Shown: positions 30,510 through 41,631, counted from the first letter of the whole stretch. The stretch: 63,844 bases of DNA, filler included, from an uncultured bacterium (GCA_964471275.1; 8 parts of 8 records of this genome joined end to end with filler, not necessarily neighbours in it), one strand, 5' to 3'. Made by a program: numbers and translations. The notes: generated by a model not told the origin, from the sequence alone.

Positions 30510-32807
30510 GTGATGGCTTTATCGTTGGTGGTTCTGGCGGATAATTTCACCGGGGCGTGCGGCACGGGGCTCCAGTTTGCCACACACGGTCTCCAGACGA
30601 TGGCGTGCGAGACGGATCGGATGGATCGTCTGGATCTGGGGTCCCTGGATGTCTTGGTATGTGACACAGAGACACGGAACGCTACGCGTGCGGAGGCCAG
30701 CGGGTATCTCACTGAAGCGTGTGGTTTGATCAGACATCGTGAGATCCCGATCGTCTACAAGAAGGTCGATTCGGCACTCCGGGGTCACCTGGCTGTTGAG
30801 ATTCACACCCTCATGAATGAACTCGATTTCGGGCTGGCGATTCTGGCCCCCGCCTTCCCCGCCGCCGGGCGCGTGACGGTTGGAGGTTACCACCTGGTTC
30901 ACGGCATTCCCGTGGACAAGACAGAGGTCGGTCACGACCCGGGCGCTCCGGTTCGGGGTTCCTACCTTCCGCATCTGCTTGAGGGGCAACCTGACCTGAG
31001 CATCCGGTTGCTTCCTCTCAAGGATGTCGCTCAGGGCCCAGACCATGTCCACGCGCTTATCGAGAGTCATCGGGGGACAGGACGAACTCTGATCGTGGCC
31101 GATGCCGCGGCGGATTCGGATCTTGCGACGGTAGCCGAGGCAGCTTCACGCGTGGACCGGGCACCCCTGTTGTGCGGTTCGGAAGGTCTGGCCAATCACG
31201 TTCCGGGCGTGTTCGATCTGGATGCAATACCCTCCGAACCGTCAGAAGACGAGCCTGGATCCTCTCTTGTGATCATCGGTACGAACGAATCTGTAACGCG
31301 TGAGCAAGTTGTCGCCCTGAAGAGCGAACTGCGAACGCATGAGTGGGAGGTGCACGCCGATCATTTCGCCTTCGCGTGGGAAAGGCCACACGTGCCGTCT
31401 GTGGTCGGGGAGATTTCGGACCATCTGGAGCAGGGCCATAGTGCCGTGCTCTCGCTCGTAGGTCTGCACGCAGGACTGCAACGGGCGGATGCCGAACAAG
31501 CCATTTCGGTGCTCGGAGAAATGGGGCGACGGATATTGCTCAGGTGTCAGCCGGCTGGACTGATCGTCTCTGGCGGCTGGACGACGATTGAGACGCTCAG
31601 AGCGATCGACGCTGATGGTTTTCGGATTGAAGGATCCGTCGATGTGGGAACACCTGCCTGTCGTGTGAGTGGCGGGCTGTGTGACGGGTTGAGGGTGATT
31701 ACCAAGGGGGGGGCGTTGGGTCAGCGTGATACGCTTACGCGAGCCGTACGCTACCTGGAACGTCCCAGAGCGGACCCAGACCAGCTCCCGCTGCTTGCGA
31801 TCACGATGGGGGATGTCTGCGGGGTGGGTCCTGAGATCATTGCGAAGGCATTCGCGCTGGATGACCTGTACCGGCTTTGTCGTCCTCTCGTGATCGGCGA
31901 TGTGACAGCACTGACCGATGCGTGCCGTATCGTCGACGCGACGCTTCAGATTCGTACCGTCGAGGGTCCCGAAGATGCGCGTTTCAAGTCGGGTACGGTA
32001 GATGTAATGAACCCCATCGCTCTCGGTTTCGACACCTGGGAGAAGGGCGTCGTCAGTCCTGCCGCAGGCCGGGCCGCAGCTGAGTGGGTGATCGAAGCGG
32101 TCGCCCTCGCGATGGCGGAGCGAATTGACGGGATTGTGACGGCTCCGCTCAACAAGGATGCGATGAACCAGGCAGGATATGCCTACCCCGGGCATACGGA
32201 GTTGCTTGCCGAGCGGGCGGGCGGTCACGACGTGCGTCTGATGCTGGCTTCCGAGCGAATGAATGTCGCCCACGTCACAGGACACATCCCCCTGCACGAG
32301 GTTTCGGAACGTCTCACACAGAAGCGCGTGTATGATACGATCGCGCTGACGCACGATGCGCTCGTCAGGATGGGCAAGCCCTCACCGAAGCTTGTCGTTA
32401 CTGGGCTGAACCCGCACGCTGGCGAGAACGGCCTTTTCGGTCAAGAGGATGACCTGGTCATCCGACCGGCGATCGAAGCGGGCAGAGAGCAGGGATGGGA
32501 AATTGACGGGCCACTTCCTGCCGACGCGACTTTCTTCAAGGCCTACGACGGGCTGTATGATGGCGTCGTGACGATGTATCACGACCAGGGCCACGTGCCA
32601 ATGAAGCTTGTTGCATTTGATACGGCCGTCAATGTGACGCTGGGACTCCCGATTGTGCGGACGTCAGTCGATCACGGTACGGCGTTCGACATTGCCGGTA
32701 CCGGACAGGCCAGGGAAGGGAACCTGATCCACGCGGTTCGTGTCGGTGCCCGGCTGGCGCACGGCCGGCAGGCGGCACGCGGGGCGGGCTCTGGCTCCGA
32801 GCAATAG
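30510..32807 (+). CDS. Fusion of four-carbon acid-sugar kinase (DUF1537, DtnK/DenK-like) and PdxA-family dehydrogenase
   Basis: N-part: YKKVDSALRG, APAFPAAGR, ITKGG. C-part: ITMGDVCGVGPEI, TAPLNK, GHTE, LNPHAGE, MYHDQG, RTSVDHGTAFDIAG. Confidence 0.9.
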   Translation: MMALSLVVLADNFTGACGTGLQFATHGLQTMACETDRMDRLDLGSLDVLVCDTETRNATRAEASGYLTEACGLIRHREIPIVYKKVDSALRGHLAVEIHTLMNELDFGLAILAPAFPAAGRVTVGGYHLVHGIPVDKTEVGHDPGAPVRGSYLPHLLEGQPDLSIRLLPLKDVAQGPDHVHALIESHRGTGRTLIVADAAADSDLATVAEAASRVDRAPLLCGSEGLANHVPGVFDLDAIPSEPSEDEPGSSLVIIGTNESVTREQVVALKSELRTHEWEVHADHFAFAWERPHVPSVVGEISDHLEQGHSAVLSLVGLHAGLQRADAEQAISVLGEMGRRILLRCQPAGLIVSGGWTTIETLRAIDADGFRIEGSVDVGTPACRVSGGLCDGLRVITKGGALGQRDTLTRAVRYLERPRADPDQLPLLAITMGDVCGVGPEIIAKAFALDDLYRLCRPLVIGDVTALTDACRIVDATLQIRTVEGPEDARFKSGTVDVMNPIALGFDTWEKGVVSPAAGRAAAEWVIEAVALAMAERIDGIVTAPLNKDAMNQAGYAYPGHTELLAERAGGHDVRLMLASERMNVAHVTGHIPLHEVSERLTQKRVYDTIALTHDALVRMGKPSPKLVVTGLNPHAGENGLFGQEDDLVIRPAIEAGREQGWEIDGPLPADATFFKAYDGLYDGVVTMYHDQGHVPMKLVAFDTAVNVTLGLPIVRTSVDHGTAFDIAGTGQAREGNLIHAVRVGARLAHGRQAARGAGSGSEQ

Positions 32808-33411
32808 CGCCCGGGAACTCGGTTGCTCCATACATGAACCTGCGTCTCCCCTCTGGCGACTGCGTTCAGTCATGGGTCGGCTGCGCCACTTCCCTGAGAC
32901 GCACCCATATCACGGACACAAATTGTCATTAATGGGTACATCTTCCGGAAATCAACGTCTGGGCCGGACACAAGCCCGTCGAATCCTCTTTGGGTCTTGG
33001 ACTGGCCAATGCAGTCGACTGTGCAGGGACAGGGGCAGGAGAGAATCCATCACGGTCCAGATAGCGGAGGCCGTATTTGGATTTGTCGAACACGACGGCA
33101 AGGTCCAGTTCGATTTCGTTCTGCCAATACTCTTTCCGAAATAGTTCCTTGCACTTAAGTGCCGGAGCAGCCTACAAAGCCCCTGACCACAACGTTGAAC
33201 TGAAACGCCACATCCTGGCCCACTTAATCCATAAGATTAAGATCCCACCTAGCGGCCACGGGGAGTTGGAATATTGCGATCCCCAGCAGCAACTTCTGAT
33301 TGTAATAGCAGNNNNNNNNNNNNNNNNNNNNNNNNNNNNNNNNNNNNNNNNNNNNTTAATTAATTAANNNNNNNNNNNNNNNNNNNNNNNNNNNNNNNNN
33401 NNNNNNNNNNN

Positions 33412-33996
33412 AACGTTGACCGGATCATCATCTTTGAGGACTTCCCGGCCGCACCGGACAGCAGCGGTTTCCGCACCCGTTTCCTGCACCAGCTTCTGGA
33501 AAGCCGCCAGGCGGGCGCGAACACCTTGGAGTTGCGGTTTGATGCCAGTACGCGCGGATCAGCCGAACACCCATTCGTTCCCCCAAAGGCCAACATTGAC
33601 TATCAGGACGTGCTCGACGGTGACGCCTACGTGCGGGCCCTGATGCTCGGAAACCTTCCGAACAAGGACGGCTCCCCCAAAGCCTGGTCAGTCTTGCTTT
33701 CCGAGATCAACCCTTCGGGTGTTCGCGGCGCGAACGCGATTGAGGTCCTCCAGGGCGTCCTCGTACTTAAGCGCATCCTGGCGCTCAACAAGACACTGCC
33801 GCTGACGATCGGGGAATTCCGCGTTGGCCGGCAGATCATCTTCCCCACCGAGCAGGATCTCAAACAGCGCTTCCACATAATAGACAGGGATGCGGCTCGC
33901 TTCTTCTACGAAATCATCCAGTACTATCCCGAATTCGAGCAGTCTTTCAACCGAGAAACGAAGCGGATCAGGCAGCTCTTGCATCGGGTAGACTGA
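33412..33996 (+). CDS. Hypothetical protein (5' truncated)
   Basis: Frame is open from the contig start with host-like codon usage; no motif recognised. Confidence 0.7.
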   Translation, partial: NVDRIIIFEDFPAAPDSSGFRTRFLHQLLESRQAGANTLELRFDASTRGSAEHPFVPPKANIDYQDVLDGDAYVRALMLGNLPNKDGSPKAWSVLLSEINPSGVRGANAIEVLQGVLVLKRILALNKTLPLTIGEFRVGRQIIFPTEQDLKQRFHIIDRDAARFFYEIIQYYPEFEQSFNRETKRIRQLLHRVD

Positions 33997-34006
33997 CACG
34001 CCGCCG

Positions 34007-34599
34007 GTGGACAGAGCACGTATACGCTGATACTACGACCGAACCGGCCCCTACTATGACCTGATGCGTCTTTTCTTTCTACTCGGCCGGCGTAATGCGG
34101 TCGATCTTCTGGATCTGAGCGACGGGCACGACGTCCTGGAGATCAGCGCCGGTACCGGCCACAACCTTCCCCTGATTGCCTCAAGGATCAGTGGTGGCAC
34201 CCTCGCCTGCTTGACTTCTCTGTTTCGATGCTGCAACAAGCCCGACTGAAGATCCCGCCGGACACCACAATTCACTGCATCGCTTCTGATGCTCGGCAGA
34301 TCTGCACATCTGCCCCGTTCGACCGCATTCTCCTCTCCTACAGCCTGAGCCTGATGCCGGATCCTCTGCGCGTCCTGCAAACCGCCTACGATCACCTCAT
34401 CCAGGGCGGCGTCCTAGTTATCGCGGATTTCGGTGCCATGGCGAGATGGGGTCTTCTGGGTAACGTCATCAGCTGGTGGATCGGAAAGCACTCCGTCCGG
34501 CCAGCCTGTCCTGAGATCCGACGGTTTGCCTTGCGGCACCCCGGGACCCTTTACGATGTTCACTTGGGATACACGCTTCTGGCCAGGATCCCATCCTAG
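34007..34599 (+). pseudogene. Class I SAM methyltransferase (BtaB-like) pseudogene
   Basis: YYDLMRLFFLLGR, VLEISAGTGHNL, FDRILLSYSLSLMPD. In-frame TGA at 34028-34030 and a frameshift near 34212. Confidence 0.75.
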
Positions 34600-34745
34600 G
34601 CTGTGGATCCCAGGATACACCTGTGCCTCAAACTCACAGACTCAGACACAACTAAATATCGGCCTAAGCTTCTATTTTTATGCATCTTGCAGGCAACCTC
34701 GCTAGATGGTAAGGTCGTTGCAGTCTCTTGACCCGTCGGACAAAC

Positions 34746-34803
34746 AGAAGAAGCCGTCCGGCACTCCCTCTCGACGCGATCGGGTGCCGAACGGCTTCTC
34801 TCT
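34746..34803. terminator. Long-stem hairpin between convergent genes
   Basis: AGAAGCCGTCCGGCAC...GTGCCGAACGGCTTCT. Confidence 0.55.
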
Positions 34804-34819
34804 ATTATGGTTCTGGAAT

Positions 34820-35860
34820 CTAGCGGATCCCCATCCGAGCTTGCCTGATTTTCAAGAACACCTCTGGCGGTGCATCTCTCCAATCCGAGAGAACGGCGCC
34901 GACCGTTCTTGCGGAATCCGGCAATTCTCGACCGACGATCAACATCAGATCGGCAAGCCGACGTTTGCCGCTCTCTTCTGCAGTGTCAAAAGCGTGGGCA
35001 ATGACCAGGACAAGCTGCTCCCCATCACGAGCAGACAACCCGCGAAGCAGGTGCCTGAGCGTACGTCCCGATGCCGCCAGGAAATCCACCTGCGCCACTG
35101 TGCGACTGGCCATGGCTTCGGCTAGGCTCGAGCGAAGGCCCACTGCCCGGACGGCACCGGTGAAGAGCTCCAGAAGAGCACGCTTCCGCTCACGTTTTGC
35201 CAACCCAGGCCAGATGCGTTCGTGTGTGCGTTCAATCTTGCTCTGTGCATCAATCAGGGCGGTGAAAACCTCGCCTTGATCGAGATGCTGAAACAGAAGC
35301 TGCGTCCGCTCGGAGGGATCACCTGACACCGACTCAAACAGGCTTTCCTGCAGATACCCCACGACCCACCCCCCCGCCCCCGCGGGCTCTCCGATCAGCC
35401 TCAGCACTCTCGCCTCAAGCGTCGCAGACAAACCTGCATAATAGCCATCCAACATCTTGGACCAGGACGTCTCTGACGCGGGTAGCCCGAAGACAGCCTC
35501 AAGACCCACATCGATAAGTGGGTGCTCGATAAGATCCGCGGCACCCTCTGTATCGCGAACAGCATACACGAGAGCACGTCTTGCCTCCGGGTCCAGTTCG
35601 GTTGTCGCTGCCCCTCTCAAGGGATCAACAAGGTCCGGATAGCTCACTGCCACTCGATGGAAACCGAGAACCTGGGCCGCCGTCGTCCGCCACGCCGGAT
35701 CCTCTGCTTTCCGCGCGAACTCCGAAAGTGCCAGCGCGTCCATCCGCTGCAATGGTCGCTGTTTGAGTCGCCTGACCGCATCCATTCGGACAAGGCCCTC
35801 TGATATTTCCGAAGCATTCTGTATCAGTTCGAGGAGATCGGTCTGCCCGTTTGTGATCAT
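34820..35860 (-). CDS. Helical-repeat (HEAT-like) hypothetical protein
   Basis: ATG 35860 overlaps the upstream stop (ATGA). LVRMDAVRRL, WRTTAAQVLG, EARRALVYAV resemble HEAT repeats. Confidence 0.7.
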   Translation of the reverse strand: MITNGQTDLLELIQNASEISEGLVRMDAVRRLKQRPLQRMDALALSEFARKAEDPAWRTTAAQVLGFHRVAVSYPDLVDPLRGAATTELDPEARRALVYAVRDTEGAADLIEHPLIDVGLEAVFGLPASETSWSKMLDGYYAGLSATLEARVLRLIGEPAGAGGWVVGYLQESLFESVSGDPSERTQLLFQHLDQGEVFTALIDAQSKIERTHERIWPGLAKRERKRALLELFTGAVRAVGLRSSLAEAMASRTVAQVDFLAASGRTLRHLLRGLSARDGEQLVLVIAHAFDTAEESGKRRLADLMLIVGRELPDSARTVGAVLSDWRDAPPEVFLKIRQARMGIR

Positions 35861-36531
35861 TCGGCAACAGACTCCATGTCGAGCATCTCGACTCCTTTGA
35901 TATAGGCCGTCGTCTCCCAACGTTCGATTGACGAGATCCGGTCCAGAACACCGGATATATCCTTCCCCGATTCAACAATGCGCTCCAGAAGATCAGCGCC
36001 TTCACTCTCCTCCTCGAATAGCCGACTGAGACGCATGATGTCAGCACTGCCCTGTATCACCATCAACTGATTGTTGATCTCGTGATTGGCGGCCACCATC
36101 GTTGCGATCGCACCGCGGAGCCGCTCGTTCTCCTGCCAGACGAAGAAGTTTCGGATACGATAGACCAGGATGTCGACCCGGTCTGGTCTCAAGACATCCT
36201 TGCTGATGTAGTCGATCACACCGGCTCGAAGCCCATCGGCTTCCTGAACGTGTGAATCCTCCACGGTCAAGAACATAACGGGAAGCTTCTCTGTCCGTGT
36301 ATCGTCGCGCAGGCGGTCCAGCACCTCGTATCCACTCATCTCGGGCATCTGGACATCCAGAATCAGAAGATCCGCCGGCTCCGACCGAAGATAGTCCAGC
36401 GCCTCTATGCCCGCACCGGCGGTCACCACCTGAAGGCCCTGCCGCTCAAGTGTGCATCGAACATAGGCTCTCACTGACGAGTCGTCATCGACGACCACCA
36501 CCGTTCGCGTTCTATCGTTCTGGTCTTGCAT
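35857..36531 (-). CDS. Response regulator receiver plus HisKA-like dimerisation helix (no ATPase domain)
   Basis: VVVVDDD, LILDVQMPEMSG, PVMFLT, DYISK; then ANHEINNQLMVIQG. Confidence 0.88.
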   Translation of the reverse strand: MQDQNDRTRTVVVVDDDSSVRAYVRCTLERQGLQVVTAGAGIEALDYLRSEPADLLILDVQMPEMSGYEVLDRLRDDTRTEKLPVMFLTVEDSHVQEADGLRAGVIDYISKDVLRPDRVDILVYRIRNFFVWQENERLRGAIATMVAANHEINNQLMVIQGSADIMRLSRLFEEESEGADLLERIVESGKDISGVLDRISSIERWETTAYIKGVEMLDMESVAE

Positions 36532-36566
36532 ACCAACCCCCCGCAGACAGCCATTGTGGATCGACG

Positions 36567-36794
36567 TTACGAGATGACACGCCGCTTCTCGCCTCGATTG
36601 CGCACACGGAAGAGCTTCCAGAGCACTGAGCCAAATCGACCCATACCACCGGCTCCTGAACGCCTTATGGAAGAAGGGATCGTGCTTCGATCGATCAGTG
36701 GCTCCTTACTGATGGCCAAACCATCGCTTCCCTCCGCGGTGTTCGCCTTATCGGTGATTGGGCGATGCACAAATCGGACTATGCCTGAGCTCAT
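36567..36794 (-). CDS. Small hypothetical protein (75 aa)
   Basis: ATG overlaps the kinase stop (TGATG) and fills the gap before the receiver gene. Confidence 0.45.
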   Translation of the reverse strand: MSSGIVRFVHRPITDKANTAEGSDGLAISKEPLIDRSTIPSSIRRSGAGGMGRFGSVLWKLFRVRNRGEKRRVIS

Positions 36795-38140
36795 CAGTTG
36801 GACCTCTCGGTTTCTGACGGGTTATCGGGATTGATCGGCAGTTCGAGCACCATGCGTGTGCCGCCCAACGGGCTATCAGAGGCAACCAACCTGCCGCCGT
36901 GGGAGGCGATCACCTTCGCCGAGATCGCGAGCCCCAGACCAAGCCCCTCCGACCGACCGCTCCCATCCTTCACCTGGTAGAAACGCTCGAAGATCTGGTC
37001 TCGCCGTTCTGGGGGAATCCCCGGACCGGAATCATCGACGATGATGCTGAGTACAGAATTCCGATACTCAACCCATAGTTCGATTTCACCGGCCCGGGGC
37101 GTGAACTTGATCGCGTTGTCGACAATGTTCCCAATTGCCTGCAAGAACTTTCGCTCGTCGATATGAATCGACGGCAGACCTTCAGCGACACGCGTCGTAA
37201 ACGATATTTCCTTTTCCAGTGCGATTCCACGGTAGCTCAGATCCCACCCAGAGACCAGTTCCTCGATATTGACAGAGGCAGAGGGTCGTACAGCAAGGGG
37301 ATCCCGGTCCATGCGCGCCAGAAGAAGCAGATCATCGATCATTCCACCGAGATGGACCGCTGCCGACTGGGCGTTCGATGCGAGTCCCTCATCGGACGGA
37401 ACCGTGTCCAGAAACCGATCGATCGACTGGAGGGGGCGCTTCAGTTCGTGACGGATCATGGAAAAGAATGACTCGCGTGTGCGCTCGGCATCCGCCTCGA
37501 GACGCTTCCGATCGCTGATATCCTGAAGCGTAATTACCACCCCGACATCGCTGCCCTGGACCCTGAAGGGGCGGGTCATAACCGAAAGGGGCCGCTCCCG
37601 GTAGATTTCTGCTGATTGGGAATTCTCCAGCAGATCCTCGATTGACAAGCCGAGTTCCCCACACACATCTTCACCAACGCTGCTCCGCTCCAGATCCAAA
37701 AGGCTGTTCGCGATTCCATTGGCTTTGAGAAGGGATCCGTATCTGTCCAGGAGAAGCACACCGAGGGGGACAACATCGAGAATAGCCGAAACTTCCTCGC
37801 GGCTGACTGCCAGGCTCTCTTCGAGACGGGCCAGGGACTCCAACTGGCGGATCTCTTCGCGAGCCTCGGAACTTTGCGATCTGTAAACAGCAGCGAGATC
37901 ACGAAGATCGCCATAGAGATCACCTGCCGGCTCGAATAGAACAATGTCATCCGAAACCCGAACGACACCGCACCGTTCCAGATCGCCTACGGCGTTTCTT
38001 ACGTCGTCGGACGATGCGTCGAGCCGAAAGGACAGCTTTTCGGCCGAGCATTCTAGAAATGGATTACCGAAGAATTCAGCCACGATCCGCGCTTTGAGGT
38101 CAATCCCGCGCGGATCCAGAACGGCTGTAAGTGTTGGCAT
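36794..38140 (-). CDS. Soluble PAS sensor histidine kinase with N-terminal winged-helix-like domain
   Basis: H-box RHELKRPL, N-box NIVDNAIKF, DDSGPGI, IFERFYQ, GLGLGL. PAS-like VPLGVLLLD..AN. No TM segments. Confidence 0.9.
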   Translation of the reverse strand: MPTLTAVLDPRGIDLKARIVAEFFGNPFLECSAEKLSFRLDASSDDVRNAVGDLERCGVVRVSDDIVLFEPAGDLYGDLRDLAAVYRSQSSEAREEIRQLESLARLEESLAVSREEVSAILDVVPLGVLLLDRYGSLLKANGIANSLLDLERSSVGEDVCGELGLSIEDLLENSQSAEIYRERPLSVMTRPFRVQGSDVGVVITLQDISDRKRLEADAERTRESFFSMIRHELKRPLQSIDRFLDTVPSDEGLASNAQSAAVHLGGMIDDLLLLARMDRDPLAVRPSASVNIEELVSGWDLSYRGIALEKEISFTTRVAEGLPSIHIDERKFLQAIGNIVDNAIKFTPRAGEIELWVEYRNSVLSIIVDDSGPGIPPERRDQIFERFYQVKDGSGRSEGLGLGLAISAKVIASHGGRLVASDSPLGGTRMVLELPINPDNPSETERSN

Positions 38141-38386
38141 AGATTATAGAGATAGAAATAGCGGGGCTCTCAGATCACCGGGAGGAGGCGGTATTGATCT
38201 GAGGTAACGCTATCCTAGGAAAAACAAGGACATAAGACAACAGAGATTTCCGACGATAAGGTCAGATTTTGCTCTGACCCCACTAAATGCGGGAGAAAAC
38301 AGCGTCTCCGGATCACGCGAATAGGGCCCGTACCTAGAAATACGCGAGACTCGGGTATTTTTATCTCCCAAAGGGGCTCAACGTCC

Positions 38387-38415
38387 TTGTTCTACGCAAG
38401 TCAGTGTGTTATACT
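38387..38415 (+). promoter_or_regulatory. Sigma70-type promoter of nrdR-nrdJ
   Basis: TTGTTC (38387-38392), 17-nt spacer, TATACT (38410-38415), with extended -10 TG. Confidence 0.65.
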
Positions 38416-38423
38416 CTAGAAGA

Positions 38424-38439
38424 GCACAACATAGTGGGG
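38424..38439 (+). promoter_or_regulatory. Candidate NrdR box
   Basis: GCACAACATAGTGGGG resembles the consensus acaCwAtATaTwGtgt and lies at the predicted transcription start. Confidence 0.6.
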
Positions 38440-38478
38440 TATGTGCTTCGGTTCACTGATCAGGTGGGGGCCAAGCGG

Positions 38479-38934
38479 ATGAGATGTCCATACTGTGACG
38501 GACTTGAGGATCGGGTCGTCGACTCCAGGTCGAGCAAAGAGGGAACCGCGATTCGCAGGCGACGTGAATGTCTCAGCTGCAGCCGCCGCTTCACGACCTA
38601 CGAATATATAGAAGACAGCCCCCTGACGATCATCAAGTCGGATGGACGACGCGAACCGTTCGACAAGAACAAACTGATTGTCAAGCTGCAGATGGCCTTG
38701 AACAAGCGACCGATACCGATAACTCAGATCGAGGAAGTCGCCGACAGGATCGAGGCCAACCTGATCGGGCGTGGCGAGAAGGAAATCGATGCCAACCCGA
38801 TCATCGGAGAACTGGTGATGGAAGAGCTCAAGCAACTGGATGAGGTGGCATATGTCCGTTTTGCTTCCGTCTACCGACAGTTCAAAGACCTGAGGGACTT
38901 CGAAAACGAACTCAAACAACTTGAGTCCCGGTAG
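38479..38934 (+). CDS. nrdR: Transcriptional repressor NrdR
   Basis: [32 protein letters not shown]-cone, [15 protein letters not shown]. Confidence 0.97.
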   Translation: MRCPYCDGLEDRVVDSRSSKEGTAIRRRRECLSCSRRFTTYEYIEDSPLTIIKSDGRREPFDKNKLIVKLQMALNKRPIPITQIEEVADRIEANLIGRGEKEIDANPIIGELVMEELKQLDEVAYVRFASVYRQFKDLRDFENELKQLESR

Positions 38935-39088
38935 CACGGAGTCCCCTCCCGCCCTACCAGAAGCAACGCACCGTACGTCCTCATGTTTGTCTGTGAAGCT
39001 CCCTGATCTGTTGCCCCCATCTTCAGATCGATGACCGACAATACGCCTCCCCTTCGCTTTCGCACGAACTTAACGAGGCTACGCCCAG

Positions 39089-41631
39089 ATGAGAATTGCT
39101 AATACATTCACCACGCCCGACAACGATCCACTCGACGCGGTGGAATACGAACGCCGAACTACGATCATTTCAGAACCCGACGGCACGGAGATCTTCCGTC
39201 TCGATGACTTCGAAGTCCCGAAGAAGTGGTCCCAGCTCGCCGCCGATATCGTGTCATCCAAGTACTTCCGAAAACGCGGCGTTCCCGGGACGGGCGGAGA
39301 AAACACCGTTCGCCAGGTAGTCACTCGGGTTGCCCAAACGATCCGTTCGGCAGGTGAAGACCTCGGCTACTTCGACGGTAATACCGATGCATCGACATTC
39401 GAGTCAGAGCTGTCCCATTTGCTCGTCAATCAGATGGGCGCCTTCAACTCACCTGTATGGTTCAACTGCGGCATCGCCCAGGCATACGGCATCACGCAGA
39501 GCGGGAGCGGCCACTGGTACTGGAACCCGGCGCAGGAGCAGATCGTACAGACCGATGACGCGTATTCTCACCCCCAGTGCTCGGCCTGCTACATCCAGTC
39601 GGTCAGCGATGACCTGATGGACATCTTTAATCTGCTTCAGAATGAAGCTCGACTGTTCAAGTACGGATCTGGGACGGGAACGAATTTCTCCAAGATCCGC
39701 GGCTCTATGGAGAATCTGTCTGGTGGGGGCACCTCGTCTGGACTCATGTCATTCCTCGAGGTATTCGACAAAGGTGCAGGTGCGACCAAGTCAGGCGGTA
39801 TCACCAGACGAGCTGCCAAGATGGTCTCACTTGATGCGGATCATCCTGAGATCCTGAGCTTCGTCAACTGGAAATCGAACGAAGAGAAGAAGGTGGCCGC
39901 CTTGATCGCCGCAGGTTACAGTTCTGACTTCGACGGCGAAGCTTACCGGACAGTCTCGGGGCAGAACTCGAACAACTCTATCCGGCTTCCGGATCGATTC
40001 ATGGAAGCCTACGAGAACGACGGCGACTGGCAAACCACCCTGCGAACCACGGGTGAGGTCTACGAGACACACAAGGCTCGGGATGTTATGGCCCAGATCT
40101 CGGGTGCGGCCTGGGGGTGCGCAGACCCGGGCACGCAGTATGATACGACGATCAACACTTGGCATACCTGTCCGAATTCGGGCCGCATCAATGGATCCAA
40201 CCCGTGTTCCGAGTATATGTTCATCGACGACAGTGCGTGCAACTTGGCATCGATCAACCTGCTGAAGTTCCTGAGTGAGGACGGCACATTCGAAGTCGAG
40301 AGATTCCGCGCCGCCTGCCGGATCTTCTTCCTCGCACAGGATATCCTGATCGACTTTGCCTCTTACCCGACCAAGAAGGTCGCACAGAACAGCCACGATT
40401 TCCGACCACTTGGTCTGGGCTACGCAAACCTGGGTTCGCTCCTTATGGTAATGGGGATACCATACGATAGCCCTCAGGGCAACGCGGTGTGCAGTGCAGT
40501 CACATCGATCATGACAGCCGAAGCCTACGCGACATCGGCGCTGATGGCGGCCGGTGTTGGCCCCTTCCCTGGCTTCGCCGAGAATGAGGATCCCATGCTG
40601 AATGTCATGGAGATGCACCGGGCGGCCTCTGGCCAAATCGACTCGTCGATCTGTCCAGAGAACCTGTTGGCCGCGGCTGAATCAGGTTGGGACACGGCCA
40701 TAGATCTGGGTAGACAGCACGGATACCGGAACGCCCAGGCATCGGTGCTTGCCCCGACGGGAACGATCGGACTCCTGATGGACTGCGATACCACCGGTGT
40801 GGAGCCCGATTTTGCACTCGTGAAGTTCAAGAAGCTCTCCGGTGGCGGTTATTTCAAGATTGTAAACGCATCGGTTCCGCTTGCACTCGAGCGTTTGGGA
40901 TACGGTACTGAGCAGATCCAGAACATCGTAGCCTACATCGTAGGCACTCTGTCGTTGAATGACACGCCCTACGTGAACCGCGCGACCCTCATCGAGCGAG
41001 GTCTGACTTCCGATGACATCTCAGCAATCGAGGATGCTCTGCCGAGCGCCTTCGAACTGTCCTTTGCTGTTTCTCCAAGCGTGCTCGGCACGGAAGCAAT
41101 GGAACGACTAGGATTCGATCTGGCGGCCACCAGCCAGCCCGGCTTCGATCTCCTGACAGCCCTCGGATACGCAGCGGCCGAGGTGGGAGCAGCCAACGAC
41201 GTCATCTGCGGATTCCAGACAATCGAGGGCGCACCTCACTTGAAAGATGAGCACCTACCTGTCTTCGACTGCGCAAACCGATGCGGCAAGCACGGAACAC
41301 GGTATCTCCAGCCAATGGCGCACCTTCGGATGATGGCCGCTGCCCAGAAGTTCATCAGCGGAGCCATCTCCAAGACCGTGAATGTGCCGAATGAAACAGA
41401 GGCCGCGGAGATTGAGAATCTCTTTGTCGAGGGCTGGCGACTCGGCCTGAAGGCTGTGGCCATCTACAGGGACGGCTCGAAGCTCTCGCAGCCACTATCT
41501 GCATCTTCGAAAGCCAGTGAGACGACCGAGGACAGCGGCACAGCCGAGGCAGCCCAGGACGACCCGAATACCGTGGTCGATTCCGTTGTAGAGGAGGCAA
41601 TTGCTAGAGGGCCAGAACCCGTCCGAACGCG
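39089..41631 (+). CDS. nrdJ: Vitamin B12-dependent (class II) ribonucleotide reductase, 3' truncated
   Basis: [60 protein letters not shown]. Confidence 0.96.

Noticed and set aside
25950..32354. Long antisense ORFs (25950-27047, 31242-32354 and similar)
   Set aside because: Shadow ORFs opposite well-supported genes in GC-rich DNA.
32810..33311. Lower-GC contig end with short ORFs
   Set aside because: No recognisable protein in any frame; possibly decayed sequence but unsupported.
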